A DNA stretch of 63,098 nucleotides, counting the filler, from an uncultured bacterium (GTDB lineage Bacteria; Hinthialibacterota; Hinthialibacteria; Hinthialibacterales; Hinthialibacteraceae): NCBI GenBank assembly GCA_964449065.1. It is 3 parts of 3 records of this genome, joined end to end, with 100 filler letters (N's around TTAATTAATTAA, not from the genome) between each part and the next. Parts side by side here need not be neighbours in the genome. Positions count along the whole stretch, not along the records: positions 42,560 to 63,098 come from CAYVAZ010000051.1; 2 more parts are not named here. One strand, given 5' to 3'. The notes beneath the pieces were generated by a model. It was not told the origin of the DNA, did not search any database, and saw only the letters and a program-made list of their open reading frames with translations. Of this stretch, positions 62,202-63,098 are shown one piece after another. Every line of letters begins with the position of its first letter. The first letter of the stretch is position 1. The position numbers and the translations under genes are program-made.

Positions 62202-62361
62202 GGGTGGCAAAGGACAGGTGACGGGTGGCAAAGGCAAGCGAAGTCTGCCTTTGAGTTCGCAGCATAAAACTTTCATGCAGGGAGTTGAAACCGATTGATA
62301 AAATGGAAATGGAACGTATTTGAGTTTTACAGCAAGGGTAGAGGAACAGCCTGATACTTGC
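62202..62361 (+). repeat. Array repeat copy 6 (left end duplicated, right end decayed)
   Basis: GGGTGGCAAAGG at both 62202 and 62223; core aligns with the other copies. Confidence 0.9.
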
Positions 62362-62373
62362 TGAACAAATATA

Positions 62374-63098
62374 TTAATCTCCAAAAGCGTGTAAATCTTT
62401 CATCCCATTTATATCCAACACTTCTCTAAGAAAGCGATCACGTGTGAAGGGTGAGACAGGATCATAAATTGCAGGCCACACTTCTTCAACTTTTACATCT
62501 TCTAATGACAACTCCATATTAGAAGCGGATGAACAGTTCGATAATTGGGCATACTTTTCAGGTTCAATGAAAACAACAAGAATCCCAACTCTATATTTTT
62601 CACCATATTCGCGGAGTTCAGAAAAATCATCTATTTGTGATACAACAGTTTCATCGGAAGGATAACTAAAGGCAAAATATGCCCGATCAGCAAATCTTTT
62701 ATGTGATACAGCTTCAAAAAAAAATTTTCGCCAGTCTTTTTTTGAAATTTTAGCTTCGATAGTAATTAATTCAAAATATGAGATACCGCTAATACTATCT
62801 TCCACTCTAATACCAACTGCATCTGGATTGCCCCAAATACCTCCCTTTTTTGCTTGGGAAGTTTCTTTCGCATAATAATCTTTAGCACGAAGCCATTCAA
62901 CAAGTAAGTTATATAATTTTTGTTCGCGTTGAACTCGTGTAGATTCGTCTTGTGACAATGTTACAGATAAATCATTATCTGAATCAGTAATATCAGTTAT
63001 ATCAGTTTCTGGTTCATGTTCATGTTCAAGTGTAGTTGATCGGAGTTTATAACCGTATTTTCCTGGTTCACGTATGACACGAGATTCTGTATCTTCAG
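62374..63098 (-). CDS. PD-(D/E)XK nuclease-fold protein, 5' end beyond the window
   Basis: EQKLY...WGNPDAVG...IEAK...FFEAVS; the frame stays open from 62958 to the window edge. Confidence 0.7.
   Translation of the reverse strand, partial: EDTESRVIREPGKYGYKLRSTTLEHEHEPETDITDITDSDNDLSVTLSQDESTRVQREQKLYNLLVEWLRAKDYYAKETSQAKKGGIWGNPDAVGIRVEDSISGISYFELITIEAKISKKDWRKFFFEAVSHKRFADRAYFAFSYPSDETVVSQIDDFSELREYGEKYRVGILVVFIEPEKYAQLSNCSSASNMELSLEDVKVEEVWPAIYDPVSPFTRDRFLREVLDINGMKDLHAFGD

Noticed and set aside
56270..62361. CRISPR array interpretation of the periodic repeat
   Set aside because: Repeats are ~145 bp with ~0.7-2 kb gene-containing spacers, and there are no cas genes.
56270..62361. Canonical integron attC or XerCD dif/pdif sites
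   Set aside because: No RYYYAAC...GTTRRRY boxes and cassettes occur in both orientations. The GCATRA...TCATGC palindrome has a 4-5 bp spacer and no XerD arm (TTATGTTAAAT), so the dif resemblance is superficial.
55997..62384. ORFs 55997-56380, 57113-57400, 58048-58284, 58860-59054, 61123-61338 and 62196-62384 (KGRLRLPLP family)
   Set aside because: They are translations of the array repeat, with inconsistent starts, stops and frames.

Overview
Bacterial chromosome window from a scaffolded, probably metagenome-assembled genome, with N gaps at 9123-9132, 21192-21291 and 42460-42559; the last two carry a TTAATTAATTAA contig linker. The gene content (DUF1549/DUF1553 cytochrome plus DUF1501 pair, long-insert PstA/PstC, GT-C glycosyltransferases, GFTLIELL prepilin) suggests a PVC-like or candidate-phylum organism, which is inference only. 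Most of the window is housekeeping: ppk2, rarA, murA, purEK, pstSCAB-phoU, pilT, ligA, mutM, moeA, polyprenyl synthase and tilS. The main feature runs from about 56.1 kb to the window end. Here small toxin-antitoxin (TA) modules of unrelated families (Phd/RelE, DUF4258/DUF2283, ParE, PIN/VapC, HicBA, orphan HicB, DUF6516/HTH) and a PD-(D/E)XK nuclease alternate with a co-oriented ~145-bp element made of two inverted REP-like hairpins (GGGTGGCAA...TTGCCACCC). The repeat copies are recombinant mosaics and scars of lost cassettes are visible. This looks like an integron-like cassette array without canonical attC sites or a recombinase in view. Other oddities: a mazEF module with a nonsense-mutated toxin between two partial 5S rRNA copies, a TA cluster between two sugar-catabolism genes, a ~225-bp duplication bracketing two orphan membrane genes, a 43-bp motif upstream of three genes, and an Asp-type (fosfomycin-insensitive) MurA.
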